From Octopus sinensis (lineage: Eukaryota), in NCBI RefSeq assembly GCF_006345805.1, contig NW_021833115.1, forward strand, positions 1 through 64,000: DNA of 64,000 nt, given 5' to 3'. The notes below the pieces were generated by a model. That model was not told the origin of the DNA. It was given only the letters and a program-made list of their open reading frames with translations, and did not search any database. Below are positions 1 to 11,639 of this stretch, piece after piece. The first letter of the stretch is position 1. Each line of letters opens with the position of its first letter. The translations under genes and the position numbers were made by a program.

Positions 1-15
1 AACAACAACAACTAT

Positions 16-47
<32 letters not shown>

Positions 48-55
48 GAAGAAGA

Positions 56-113
<58 letters not shown>

Positions 114-118
114 GAAGA
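1..118. repeat. (TAC)n/(GAA) trinucleotide microsatellite
   Basis: Direct reading of tactactac runs. Confidence 0.95.
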
Positions 119-326
119 ACAGCAGATCACGGGCCATGAATATGGTCGTGATTAATGTAGACCAAGGATTCTCAAACATCTTTTATCCATGGACCCTTCT
201 GGTGGACCCGCCATAACCATTTGATGTTTAAGATCCAGTTTTGTAGGCAATTCTTCCAAAATCCCACCTTTTTTTTCACACATTAATTTGTAGGTTCAAC
301 TATAAAAAAAAACCTAATTCTTTCTT

Positions 327-423
327 GGTCGATAAATCAAGTACCAGTTACGCACTGGGGTCGATGTAATCGACTGGCCACCCTCCCTCTAAATTTCGGA
401 CCTTGTGCTTAGAGTAGAAAAGG
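327..423 (+). mobile_element. SINE family A 3' fragment with tail type 2
   Basis: ggtcgataaatcaagtaccagttacgcactggggtcgatgtaatcgact followed by the tail-2 sequence ...aatttcggaccttgtgcttagagtagaaaagg. Confidence 0.8.
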
Positions 424-518
424 CTGCTCATGCTAAGCTGTAAGATATCGATCTCAAAATCACCCTTCAATACATCGATACTCCTACCATTATCACCCTA
501 ACCCTGCCGTGATATACT

Positions 519-918
519 CTTTTACTCGTTTACTTGTTTCAGTCATTTGACTGCGGCCATGCTGGAGCACCGCCTTTAGTCGAGCAACTCGACCCCGGGA
601 CTTATTCTTTTGTAAGCCCAGTACTTATTCTATCGGTCTCTTTTTGCCGAACCGCTGAGTGACGGGGACGTAAACACACCAGCATCGGTTGTCAAGCAAT
701 GCTAGGGGGACAAACACAGACACACAAACATACACACATATATATATATATACATACATATATACGACGGGCTTCTTTCAGTTTCCGTCTACCAAATCCA
801 CTCACAAGGCTTTGGTCGGCAAGAGGCTATAGTAGAAGACACTTGCCCAAGATGCCACGCAGTGGGACTGAAACCGGAACCATGTGGTTGGTAAGCAAGC
901 TACTTACCACACAGCCAC
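519..918 (-). mobile_element. SINE family B (bipartite: tRNA-like head, CORE-like ttgggcaagt, internal TA/TG microsatellite, right arm)
   Basis: Reverse complement of the copy at 2562-2960; B-box-like ggttcagtcc. Confidence 0.9.
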
Positions 919-1360
919 TCCTGCGCCTGATCTGTATACATTTTCATTATATCACACTCACGTGCGATGCTCATATAGCGAAAAACAAAAGGCAGGATGG
1001 TCATAATTGGAATATTATTGATCACAGATAAACTCGATGGCCCGGTTCTATATATATTGACTGTCAATTGTTTGACCTTTTGACTTTTTGTCGACCTTAA
1101 ATTACTTAGAATTCTCCGTGAAGGTTATTAAGTTGCGAAGGGAAATAACTCTATTGTGAGTTATTTCCCTTGACACAGAAAACTGCTATAGAACTGTGTA
1201 CGGTCCAGAAATGTGTTTTTATTTTGATTGTCGAAACGATGTCTGTTTAATTACAGTATTTTAGTATTCTCTAGTATGGTCTTTGGATATTATACTGTAT
1301 TCCTCAGCGTGGTTGACCTTTAATTTCCTAATACCTGGTAACATTACGTATATGTATCCA

Positions 1361-1771
1361 GAAAGGCGAGCTGGCAGAAACGTTAGCACGCCGGGCGAAA
1401 TGTGTAGCCGTATTTCGTCTGCCACTGCGTTCTGAGTACAAATTCCGCCGAGGTTGACTTTGCCTTTCATCTTTTCGGCGTCGATTAAATAAGTACCAGT
1501 TACACACTGGAGTCGATATAATCGACTTAATCCTTTTGTTTGTCCTCTCTGTGTTTAGCCCTTGTAGGTTGTAAAGAAATAGGTATTTCGTCTGTCTCTT
1601 TACGTTCTGAGTTCAAATTCCGCCGAGGTCGACTTTGCCTTTCATCTTTTCGGCGTCGATTAAATAAGTACCAGTTACGCACTGGGGTCGATATAATCGA
1701 CTTAATCCGTTTGTCTGTCCTTGTTTGTCCTCTCTGTGTTTAGCCCCTTGTGGGTAGTAAGGAATAGGTAT
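1361..1771 (+). mobile_element. SINE family A dimer (head plus two bodies with tail type 1)
   Basis: Head gagctggcagaaacgttagc, B-box gagttcaaattcc, junction aaagaaatag|gtatttcgtctg near 1580. Confidence 0.9.
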
Positions 1772-1843
1772 ATGTACCCACAAGGCTCTTTTACATACTT
1801 TCAGTTTGGGCCGATCTAAAGAAATATGCTCGCACGCACACAC

Positions 1844-1878
<35 letters not shown>

Positions 1879-2064
1879 ACACACGTAGGCACGTCCTACC
1901 TGAAATCGACGTTGTCGACGTTAGGCCGACATAAATATCAAAACATACAATAATTACATTCGTTCCGCATTTAGTTTCATCTCTTAATTCGAATTCTGCG
2001 TTCAATCCTCTTCGAAGTCGATATTTGATTTCTTTCTCTCTCTTTTTTTTTTCATATTTATTTG

Positions 2065-2309
2065 TCTTTCATCTTTTTATTTGTTTCAGTCTTTTTACAA
2101 AACGGCCATGCTGGGGCAACGCCTCGAAGAATTTTTAATCGAATGAATCGATCACAGTATTTCTTTTAAAGCCTGGTTCGTACTTTATCGGTCCCTTTTG
2201 CCGAACTGTTACCAAGCGGTGGCGGGGGAGGGTAACACAGATACAAAGTGAGAGAGAGGGGAGAGAGAGAGAGAGAGAGAGAGAGAGGACAGACAGACAC
2301 ACAAACACT

Positions 2310-2352
<43 letters not shown>

Positions 2353-2510
2353 CGGGTTTCTTTCAGTTTCCGTCAACCAAATCCACTCTCAAGGCTTTGG
2401 CTGACCCGAGGCTATAGTAGAAGACACCAACCCAAGGTGTCACGCATTGGGACTGAACCGAGAACCATGTGGGTGGGAAACAAGCTGCTTACCACACAGC
2501 TACGCCTGCG
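2065..2510 (-). mobile_element. SINE family B, diverged
   Basis: Similar to the other family B copies, with internal GA/CA microsatellite. Confidence 0.8.
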
Positions 2511-2561
2511 CCTGTTTATATATTTTACTTTTATTATATTATTTTTTGTTAGTTTCGAGAG

Positions 2562-2960
2562 ACAGTGGCTGTGTGGTAAGTAGCTTGCTTACCAACCACA
2601 TGGTTCTGGGTTCAGTCCCACTCCGTGGCACCTTGGGCAGGTATCTTCTACTATAGCCTCGGGCCAACCAAAGCCTTGTGAGTGGATTTGGTAGACGGAA
2701 ACTGAAAGAAGCCCGTCGTATATATGTATATATATATATGTGTGTATGTGTGCGTTTGTGTGTCTGTGTTTGTCCCCCTAGCATTGCTTGACAACCGATG
2801 CTGGTGTGTTTATGTCCCCGTCACTTAGCGGTTCGGCAAAAGAGACCGATAGAATAAGTACTGGGCTTACAAAAGTCCCGGGGTCGAGTTGCTCGATTAA
2901 AGGTGGTGCTCCAGCATGGCCGCAGTCAAACGACTGAAACAAGTAAAAGAGTAAAGAGTA
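2562..2960 (+). mobile_element. SINE family B
   Basis: ggctgtgtggtaagtagcttgcttaccaaccacatggttctgggttcagtccc ... gactgaaacaagtaaaagagta. Confidence 0.9.
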
Positions 2961-2974
2961 ATATATATATATCG

Positions 2975-3160
2975 CAAGTGTTGGGGATTTTCTTTCTCCG
3001 TCTTCCCTCCTTTGGACTTTTTCTATATTTCTGATGAAGAGCTCCGCTCGAAACGTGAAATCCTCTTTCTTTTCTTTCCTTTCCTGAGCGCCCAATAACA
3101 CTGTACTTATTCCTCGTCCTCACATTGTTGTTTTTTCTTGCTTGTTCATGTGTGGATTGA
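2975..3160 (+). mobile_element. Short Penelope-type non-autonomous repeat with decayed hammerhead motif (3027-3061)
   Basis: attt-CTGATGA-a-gagc tcc gctc-GAAA-cg-T-G-aaat; abuts (TA)n; architecture like 24185-24320. Confidence 0.55.
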
Positions 3161-3177
3161 GTATATATATATATATA

Positions 3178-3856
3178 TAACAATAATAAATCTCTGAGCG
3201 AGGTATAAACAGTAACTGCTCTATAATATAAGCGGGATCAGCCATCTGAATGTGGCTAGGGACAGGGCGGGGTGGTGGGGGTGTTACTGATGCATTTAGC
3301 CCCAGGCGACTATCGACGTCACCAGAAGAGCCGACACCATCACGGTGTCCTTGCTAGCCTGCAAGGGAGATCACCGTGATGTTGTCGGCTCTTCTGGTGA
3401 CGTCGATAGTCACCTGGGGCTAAATGCATCAGTAACACCCCCACCACCCCGCCCTGTCCCTAGCCACATTCAGATGGCTGATCCCGCTTATATTATAGAG
3501 CAGTTACTATTTATACCTCGCTCAGAGATTTATTATTGTTATCGAACGGATTTTCTACGCCAGTGACTGTGGTTACTGTGAAAATCTATATATTTCTAGC
3601 CTGTAGAGGAAGTCCCTCAGCGAAGAACGGTGCTTGCCATGCGCTGACAAGAGGCAAATACCTCGAAACCGGTCCGTGTGTAGCATCCGTATCTTCGGTG
3701 AGGCTGATCTCTCTTTGCAGGCTAGCAAGGACACCGTGATGGTGTCGGCTCTTCTGGTGACGTCGATAGTCGCCTGGGGCTAAATGCATCAGTAACACCC
3801 CCACCACCCCGCCCTGTCCCTAGCCACATTCAGATGGCTGATCCCGCTTATATTAT
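3178..3856. mobile_element. Retrozyme/PLE-like element: 360-bp-period partial tandem (3372-3856) plus inverted copy (3178-3371)
   Basis: caccgtgat starts at 3372 and 3732; 3178-3348 is the reverse complement of 3372-3541; both ends abut (TA)n; contains a hammerhead. Confidence 0.7.
3638..3680 (+). ncRNA. Minimal type I hammerhead ribozyme, G8>A variant
   Basis: catgcg-CTGACAA-gagg caaata cctc-GAAA-ccgg-TC-cgtgtg; stem I 6 bp including 2 G-U pairs; palindromic stem III ACCGGT. Confidence 0.7.
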
Positions 3857-3982
3857 ATATATATATATATTGATAAATATAAGGGTAGCAAAAAAATTCT
3901 TGAAAAAATTCTCCGCTACCAGCGGTCTAGTGCTCTTTCTAGTGAGTCGAATGGCCTATCAGGGCCATTCCTTATATTGTTG

Positions 3983-4027
<45 letters not shown>

Positions 4028-4136
4028 CATTAATTAAAATCTTAGGGTAGCAAGAATATTTATCGGAAAAATTCTTAGTTACCATTGGTCTAGCGAGAAG
4101 GAAAAAATTAGTCAATAGACTATACATTATTCCGAG

Positions 4137-4340
4137 AAGAATACGGTGTACATTCAAACCCAAAAGAGATACCGAAAGAATAGGATATCTGACTCACTAG
4201 AAAGAGCAGTTAAACTCCATTTTTCAATCACTTCTGGAATTACAACAATTAGTGGTTTGGAGTTTAACTACTCTTTCTAGTGAGTCAGATATCCTATTCT
4301 TTGGGTATCTCTTTTGTGTTTGAATGTACACCGTATTCTT
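4137..4340. repeat. 83-bp inverted repeat with 38-bp spacer
   Basis: Arms 4137-4219 and 4258-4340, about 3 mismatches. Confidence 0.9.
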
Positions 4341-4355
4341 GTCTCTCTTTCTCAC

Positions 4356-4397
<42 letters not shown>

Positions 4398-4489
4398 ACT
4401 CTGCGTTCAAATTACTCCAGATCATCTTCACTTTTCATGCTTTCGGAGTGAATAAAGCAAAGTGTCAAGATCAGAAGCGTGGATTAGCT

Positions 4490-5600
4490 GAGCTGTTGGA
4501 GCGTAGAGAACTGCGGTCCACACACACGTTTTCCATCGGTGTTGCAGTTCTTGATGAAGTCTTTACCATGTTGCTCAGAAAAAGTCATCAACGGAAGATA
4601 TGACGTCATCCTGACATCACTGCGATACTGGTTTCCCAGCCACGTAGTTTCTCCTGTTGAGGACCAGATGATAGGACGATGGGACCAAATGACGAGGATA
4701 GGGTAGGTAATCAACTGATTCAAGGCCAGTCACATGCAGCAGCCATTGAAAACAAGGAATTCTATGCTGGAGCATTATCCTGATGAAACAATTCCTTATT
4801 CTTTAGATTTTCTAGCCCTTTGGTCTTGATAGCCTTTCGTAAGTGCCTCAGCAACTTGCCATAGTACTCTCCATTGATGGTGTGGCCCTTTTTAAGATAA
4901 ACACAATGCCTTTTGCATCCTCCAAAATTGACGCAATCACCTTTCCTGCAGGTGAAACGACCTTGGTCTTCTTTGCAGCAGGTGAGGCGGTGTTTTCTCA
5001 CTGCATTGATTGTCTTTTTGTCTCTTACCAAAAGCGATGAAACCAACACCCACCCTCGGTTAGGAAACGTCCAAGGAAACCAGCTGTATCTTATTTCTTT
5101 ATTGTCCACAAGGGGCCAAACATAGAGGGGACAAACGGATTAAGTCGATTACATCGACCCCAGTGCGTAACTGGTACTTATTTAATCGACCCCGAAAGGA
5201 TGAAAGGCAAAGTCGACCTCGGCGGAATTTGAACTCAGAACGTAGCGGCAGACGAAATACCGCTAAGCATTTCGCCCTGCGTGCTAACGTTTCTGCCAGC
5301 TGTATCTGCCTGAAACAATATCAGCCTGTTGCACTTTTGATCAGGTGTCAGAAGACGAGGCCCCTACCGAGCAGAAACCTTCGCCATAGACAAATTCATT
5401 ATGCAGAATATCCTCAACTCACACACGGTCTATGCTAATAGCATTGGCTATCAAATTATGGATAATTCACCTGCCATCCAGTATCATGTGGGGAATAGGG
5501 TCAGTGTTTTCGTTGGTGGCAGTTGCAGGATGTACAGACTTTGGGTCATTTTCAAGACTCTCCCTTTCCTCTTAAATTCAGCTGCTCACATTCGTACTGT
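4490..5600 (-). pseudogene. Degenerate mariner (Tc1/mariner) transposase, split by a SINE A copy
   Basis: Frame-shifted motifs AEFKR..ESLENDP, MAKVSARW, YLKKGHTINGEYY, LFHQDNAPA, GNQYRSD. Confidence 0.8.
5094..5302 (-). mobile_element. SINE family A (tail type 1) inserted in the mariner fossil
   Basis: Reverse complement of SINE A head, body and tail. Confidence 0.9.
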
Positions 5601-5948
5601 TGTTAAAGCTGGAGCTAGGAATATACGAACATGCTCAATTAGAACATGGAGGCTCGGTTGATAAGAGATTTTAGAATATTATCGGCATATAGAACAGACA
5701 CAACACTCGGACAAATTACGGAGATCACACAAAAAATAGAAAATATACCAAGCCTCAACAGAACACGTGAATGGCGTAATATATATATCAGGGACAGCTG
5801 ATGAAGGGGAATATTCCTTATATTGTTTGTTTTGTACTCTGTTTTTTCATTGTTAAAAAAGTCCGTTTCCATGTTTGTTTTTATGTTTTCGTTTCTCGTT
5901 GAGTTCTACGTCTATTTGTGGTGTCTGTACTCATAATATATAATATAT

Positions 5949-6011
<63 letters not shown>

Positions 6012-6108
6012 ATATGCATGTATATACATGTAGATGTAGGTACGTACATATATGTATGTATGCATTATATATTTATTTATTAAATTATTATTATTATTAT
6101 TATATATA

Positions 6109-6146
<38 letters not shown>

Positions 6147-6645
6147 GTAAAGAGGCTATAGTAAGAGATAGACCTCCAACTATGACCTCAACGGCCAAGA
6201 AATCTCCCGAAGAAAGATGGAACGGATGGTGCAGAGTAATGTCAACCCCCGAAGATTATGGTCAGGTGAGAAAAGTGGTCGTACATGCGGCTGGTTCGAC
6301 TATCAAAGTTAACACTCAACAGGTATATGTTTAAGTTCAATAACAAAATATACACGCAGGAAAAGTATGCAGCCATCAATGTCGGTATCACTGGCGATGT
6401 GGCTAACCTTTATGGTATTGTGGGATAGGAGACCCAAAGAACGCTTAGCAGAGAGCTCCTAACCATGTACTCCCGTTATGTTGATATCAACACAGAACCA
6501 AAAACACCTCCACAAGACAATATCTATGAACCTGAAATAGAAGCTAGCACATTGGAGAGCATTCACGAATAGTTAATTCCATCCACCAGAATATTAGGGT
6601 GACAGTAGATTATCCCTAGTAAGCACCCCAACTACAGACTACCTA

Positions 6646-6872
6646 TTTCTTTATTACCCACAAGGGGCTAAACACAGAGGGGACAAACAAGGACAGACAT
6701 AGGTATTAAGTCGATTACATCGACCCCAGTGCGTAACTGGTACTTAATTTATCGACCCCGAAAGGATGAAAGGCAAAGTCGACCTCGGCGGAATTTGAAC
6801 TCACAACGTAACGCAGACGAAATACCGCTAAGCATTTCGCCCGGCGTGCTAACGTTTCTGCCAGCTCGCTGC
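6646..6872 (-). mobile_element. SINE family A (tail type 1)
   Basis: Full head, body and tail on the minus strand. Confidence 0.9.
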
Positions 6873-7175
6873 CTTTACACACTGAACTGTGGCTGGAAAC
6901 CAGGAATAAAGAGGCCAAAATTCTCCATTCGCACTATGCCAGACCCACGACCTCCAAATATCTGGTCCACAGGAACGCAGCAATTTGCGTATGATAACAA
7001 GTTCACTATCCTAATAGCTGACCAGATAAGGATGATGAAAAACGTCTCCCGCATATGCAACCCAACGGAACTGGGGGAACATATACAGCACTTCATCCAC
7101 TGTATGCATTTCTCTGGGTACAGCCAAAGAGACAAAATCACAGTCTATAAAGGAACCATGATAGAATGCAAGACC

Positions 7176-7612
7176 ATCACATCATCATCCTCATTGTTCG
7201 ACCGTGGTCGAGACAATGGAATTTACCATGTTACGCCAGACCTCACAGTCCATCATAGCATTACGGAGGTCCTGTTGCTGGATGCCTGTATCCCTGGAGA
7301 TTACATCAGGTTAGGGAGATTGTTCGCCCTCTGGTACCGCGAGCAGATTGCTTCCCGAGGAGAAGAGTAGAAATTACCTCGTTTTCAGCTCTACAACAAT
7401 GTCCAGCAAACTGGACTCTTCTACCTTTCACAAGAGATAATACAGGTGGTAATTTCCCATATATTTGTACTTTGGTTGGATGACGCTTCCACGAGAGATT
7501 TTGAGCTTTCATAAGGAGGCGAGTGTAAGATTCATCCAACTGCCTCTCCAGCTTTTTTGATAACGTCCAGGTTTCTAATCCATATAGTAGACCATCACAG
7601 AGAATGATGCAA
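7176..7612 (-). mobile_element. RTE-clade LINE 3' fragment
   Basis: YTRLLMKAQNLSWKRHPTKVQIYGKLPPV..RRVQFAGHC; (GAT)n tail; matches 38305-38820. Confidence 0.85.
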
Positions 7613-8447
7613 AAGGGACCTGTCCGTTATACAGAAGTAAACTTTGAAAAGCTTAGCAAAAACAAAAAGGAAGATAGGTAAGGTCAATTCATGGTATGCA
7701 AGCCAAAAATACTGAGGTGTTCTATTCGCCTTGAAGGCGAACTAGCGTATCACTTTACGAAGGTCTTTGGTAAGATGATTCTACGGATTAATGTAGTAGA
7801 AAGGCCAGGAAACCCCATAAAATCCCTGGTCTGTAGATCTTACCGATTTAATATAACACCTTGTACGGATAGGAACTCTACAGTGTATAGAGTAAGCCCA
7901 CAGGTAAACTGTAAAACTAATAGTGTAGTCTATAGTATAAGATATACAGAGAGACGGCGCAGAAACAAGACAACGATAATATATTGGAGAGACAGCACGT
8001 AACATAGGTGAGAAGATAAGTGAACACTGGCGGGAAATTTAGGAGAAACGCTCGCTAGGAATATAACAACATGGTCAATTAGAACATGGAGGCTGGTTTA
8101 TAAGAGATTTTAGAATATTATCGGCATATAGAACAGACACAACACTCGGACAAATTACAGAGGTCACACAAATAATAGACAAAGCCTCAACAGAACGCGT
8201 GAATGGTGTAATATATATAATCAAAATAAGCAACAAGGATATCCAAGGTAGTGTTAGTACAATTGTTTTATGCTACTTCATTTTATTATACAATGTAAGT
8301 ATTACATCAGTTTTAAAATGTCGAGCAATCTTCAGCCACATATGGAATTTTTTTTAATTAAATGGACAATGCACATTCTTATACTTATTTCATCTGCCAA
8401 TTACAAACTTAAGTACCATATTCATCTGAATCTAAATTTTGCTGAAC

Positions 8448-8449
8448 TT

Positions 8450-8522
<73 letters not shown>

Positions 8523-8524
8523 AG

Positions 8525-8555
<31 letters not shown>

Positions 8556-8585
8556 GATATATATTATATTATATATATAATATAG

Positions 8586-8624
<39 letters not shown>

Positions 8625-8638
8625 TATATATATATATG

Positions 8639-8712
<74 letters not shown>
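8448..8712. repeat. (TA)n microsatellite
   Basis: Direct reading. Confidence 0.95.
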
Positions 8713-8716
<4 letters not shown>

Positions 8717-9041
8717 CAATAAAGGGTGGAATATAATTAATTAAATAAAATTAATCAATTTCACCTAGTAGATTTGTCGGTATGGAAAAAGACCATATTT
8801 GGTAAGGGTTATAATAATTATAATAAAGGGTTAAATGCAACAAGTTGCTCAAAACCACATACCGAAATATTAGAAATAGCAGCCAAAATTGGTCACCATT
8901 TCTTCTACTAGTAAAAAGTCTCCACAAACAAACAGAATTTGTAAGCTGTATATGGCAAAAAAAGGCAGAAAAAACGAAAACCCAGCCTCTGGATTAATTA
9001 TAGACGACTCGTTTCTGGATGTAAATACACACAGACACACA

Positions 9042-9089
<48 letters not shown>

Positions 9090-10361
9090 CACGTATTTAT
9101 GTGTGTATGCATGCATGTGTGTAAGTATGTAAGGATGGATGGATAAATGGATGGCTAGGTGGCTGTATCAGTTTCTCTCTCTCTCTCTCTCTCAATATAT
9201 ATATATAAATATACACGCACACACATATATACACATTCGTAATGTGTTTATGTCTGTGTATATGACCATATGTGATTATGTGATTGTGTGTGTGTAAGTA
9301 TTAGGTTTTATGATTATGAAGTTAAAAGAAACCGCAAGCATTTGCCGATAAAACAACCAATACATTTTGTAGAATTAAATTTATGATACAGACCAGAATG
9401 ACGCGAAACTTTTACTTCGCCTGTATCGGCTTATTCAGCCATTATAATTTGAAATGTTTAACAATGGTAGTTACAAATGGAATTAAGGAGAAATCCTCAC
9501 AGCAATAATTCTAAGTAACTCTTGTAACACTGAGACCCTTTGTATCTGTCAGCAAAAGTGTTAATTTGAAGTGGTTTGCCTTTGCCGCATGGATTTGAAA
9601 CTCATTAGGTTTCCAAAAACTCAATCAATTATTCTGATTTGTTCGACACGGAACACACGAGACAGAGGGATTGAAAAATTTGGCCGGTAATCAAAGTTTA
9701 CATGTTTCATCGTTCATCTAGTTTAATTCTGGCGGAGATCTGCTAGACTTACCAATTGCTAATCGGATTTACCTTGAAGCATTTCTGCATTTGCAGTCCC
9801 CATCGGTAGTTTAATGAGCGAGGACAGCTTTCTTTAATTTATCGACTCATTCCATACTTACATAAAAACACTGTCGAGGCTTGAAACATACAAATGAAAT
9901 CATTTTAATCTGTGAGACAAGGATGTTAGGCTTGAAGCCATAAATCACTGGAATCCGGCAGTAAACAATGGCAATTGTACATGATATATTGCAGTTTAAT
10001 GCGAATTAAACAAATACGAAAGACGAGAATTCCGTGCGTGGGATGCAACGATGTGTGTTCAGTTGAAATGGTTGGCTGGACAAAAAGATGAAAACAGGCG
10101 TTCTTAACTCCACTCTGATGACTCATGCTAAGTGGCTGAAGGTCACATCGTAATTTCAACCTAACGGTTGGTAGTTCACATCCCGCTACTGTCGTCGGGC
10201 TGTGTGCGCGACCAGGGAAATTAAACTCCCTTTCGACCAGTTTACCTAAGTATAAATAGTTTTAACTGTATGGATTATTGCTGTTTAATACCAAGTAAGC
10301 CCTGAACGAGCATAACTACGATCACAGGTATTCCATCCATGACCATATCGTCTTTTTCAGA

Positions 10362-10580
10362 AGGCGACGAGCTGGCAGAACCGTTACCACGCCGGGCGAA
10401 ATGCGTAGCCGTATTTCGTCTGCCGTTACGTTCTGAGTTCAAATTCCGCCGAGGTCGACTTTGCCTTTCATCCTTTCGGGGTCGATAAAATAAGTACCAG
10501 TTACACTGTAGTCGACTTAATCCGTTTGTCTGTCCTTGTGTGTCCCCTCTATGTTTAGCCCCTTATGGGCAATAAAGAAA
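10362..10580 (+). mobile_element. SINE family A (tail type 1)
   Basis: aaggcgacgagctggcagaaccgtt ... atgtttagccccttatgggcaataaagaaa. Confidence 0.9.
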
Positions 10581-10729
10581 CATATCCTCTTTTTCAGGGC
10601 CGGCCTTAGGAGGTACGGGACTCTATTGGGTACAATTTTGGTGGGCCCCAGATTCCCGCTCAACTTGCATCAAGTGCGTATATATATATATGTATGAATA
10701 TATGTGCGTGTATGTATGTATGTATATAT

Positions 10730-10763
<34 letters not shown>

Positions 10764-11024
10764 CAACAAAATTCTCACAATTTCTTCAGTTTTCATTTCT
10801 TATAACTCCTCAACATCATCATCATCATCACCATCACTACTACTACTATATAGACACAAATTCTAAGTACCAAAACTTCAATAATTCCAGCTCCAAAAAG
10901 CAACCAGTTCCGATTGTCGCAGTTCGAGCTCTCTTACCGAAGCTCTCCGAGGTTTCTTCATCTTCCTCTAATCTCTTTCTCAAATTACCAAGATAGGAAT
11001 TTATCTCAGTATATGAAAATATTA

Positions 11025-11280
11025 AGGCGGCGAGCCGGCAGAATCGTAAGCACGCTGGATGAAATGCTCAGCGGCGTTTCGTCCGTCTTTACGAAGGTGC
11101 TGGCATTGTGCCAAACTTTCAAACCGGTATATGAAAACATTGAGGCGCCGGGCCGGTAGAATCGTAAGCGTACCGGATAAAATGCTTAGCGGTATTTCGT
11201 CCGTCTTTACGTCTTGAGTTCAAATTCTTCCGAAGTCAACTTTACCTTTCATCCTTTCGGGGTCGATAAATTAGTAACCA
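11025..11280 (+). mobile_element. Old SINE family A subfamily with duplicated head
   Basis: gtatatgaaaa(t/c)att(a/g)aggcg.. plus head occurs twice about 117 bp apart; carries the cgtccgtctttacg variant. Confidence 0.7.
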
Positions 11281-11639
11281 CCACCCTAATTTCTTCAAAT
11301 AATGAAAAAAAAAAAAAATCTGATTTCACCTCGAAAACCTTGTACGCGCACAGTTCTTTTCCTTCGCTGGTTGTAAAACGTGTTTGCGCGCACAAGTGCA
11401 CAGCTCGGTGATGATACTGTCCACCGCGCAAGAACATAGACATTCTCTCTGCAAGCTTCTATATATTATACGTCTCCCAAATCTCACCAATTATGCTACT
11501 TTTACCCTACTAACAACAGTAGCATCAACAAAACAAAACGGGCAGCATGGCTGTGTGATTAAGAAGCTCGCTTCGCTATCGTGTCGTGACGAGTTCGAGC
11601 CTACTGTACGACACATTGAATATGTGTTTACTGTCATAT

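Larger units (their letters stand above)
5613..8220 (+). mobile_element. Degenerate Penelope-like element (RT plus GIY-YIG) with direct pLTR-like repeats at 5613-5790 and 8054-8220
   Basis: Frame-shifted peptides YMFKFNNKIYTQ, MYSRYVD(D)IN (6150-6500), TELWLETRNKEAKILHSHYARP (6875-6960), RINVVERPG, CKTNSVVYSI, YIGETARN (7790-8010); interrupted by SINE A and RTE. Confidence 0.7.

Noticed and set aside
5163-5438. Recurrent MRNWYLxxRPRKDERQSRPRRNLNS ORFs (also 6729, 17264, 26760)
   Set aside because: Antisense translation of SINE A.
5798-5825. ctgatgaaggg motifs (also 28238, and about 18090 on the minus strand) as hammerheads
   Set aside because: No GAAA, stem III or cleavage triplet follows; at best degenerate PLE terminal remnants.
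10595-10670. CAGGGCCGGCC hAT/MITE-like terminus
   Set aside because: No matching opposite terminus or TSD was found in the window.
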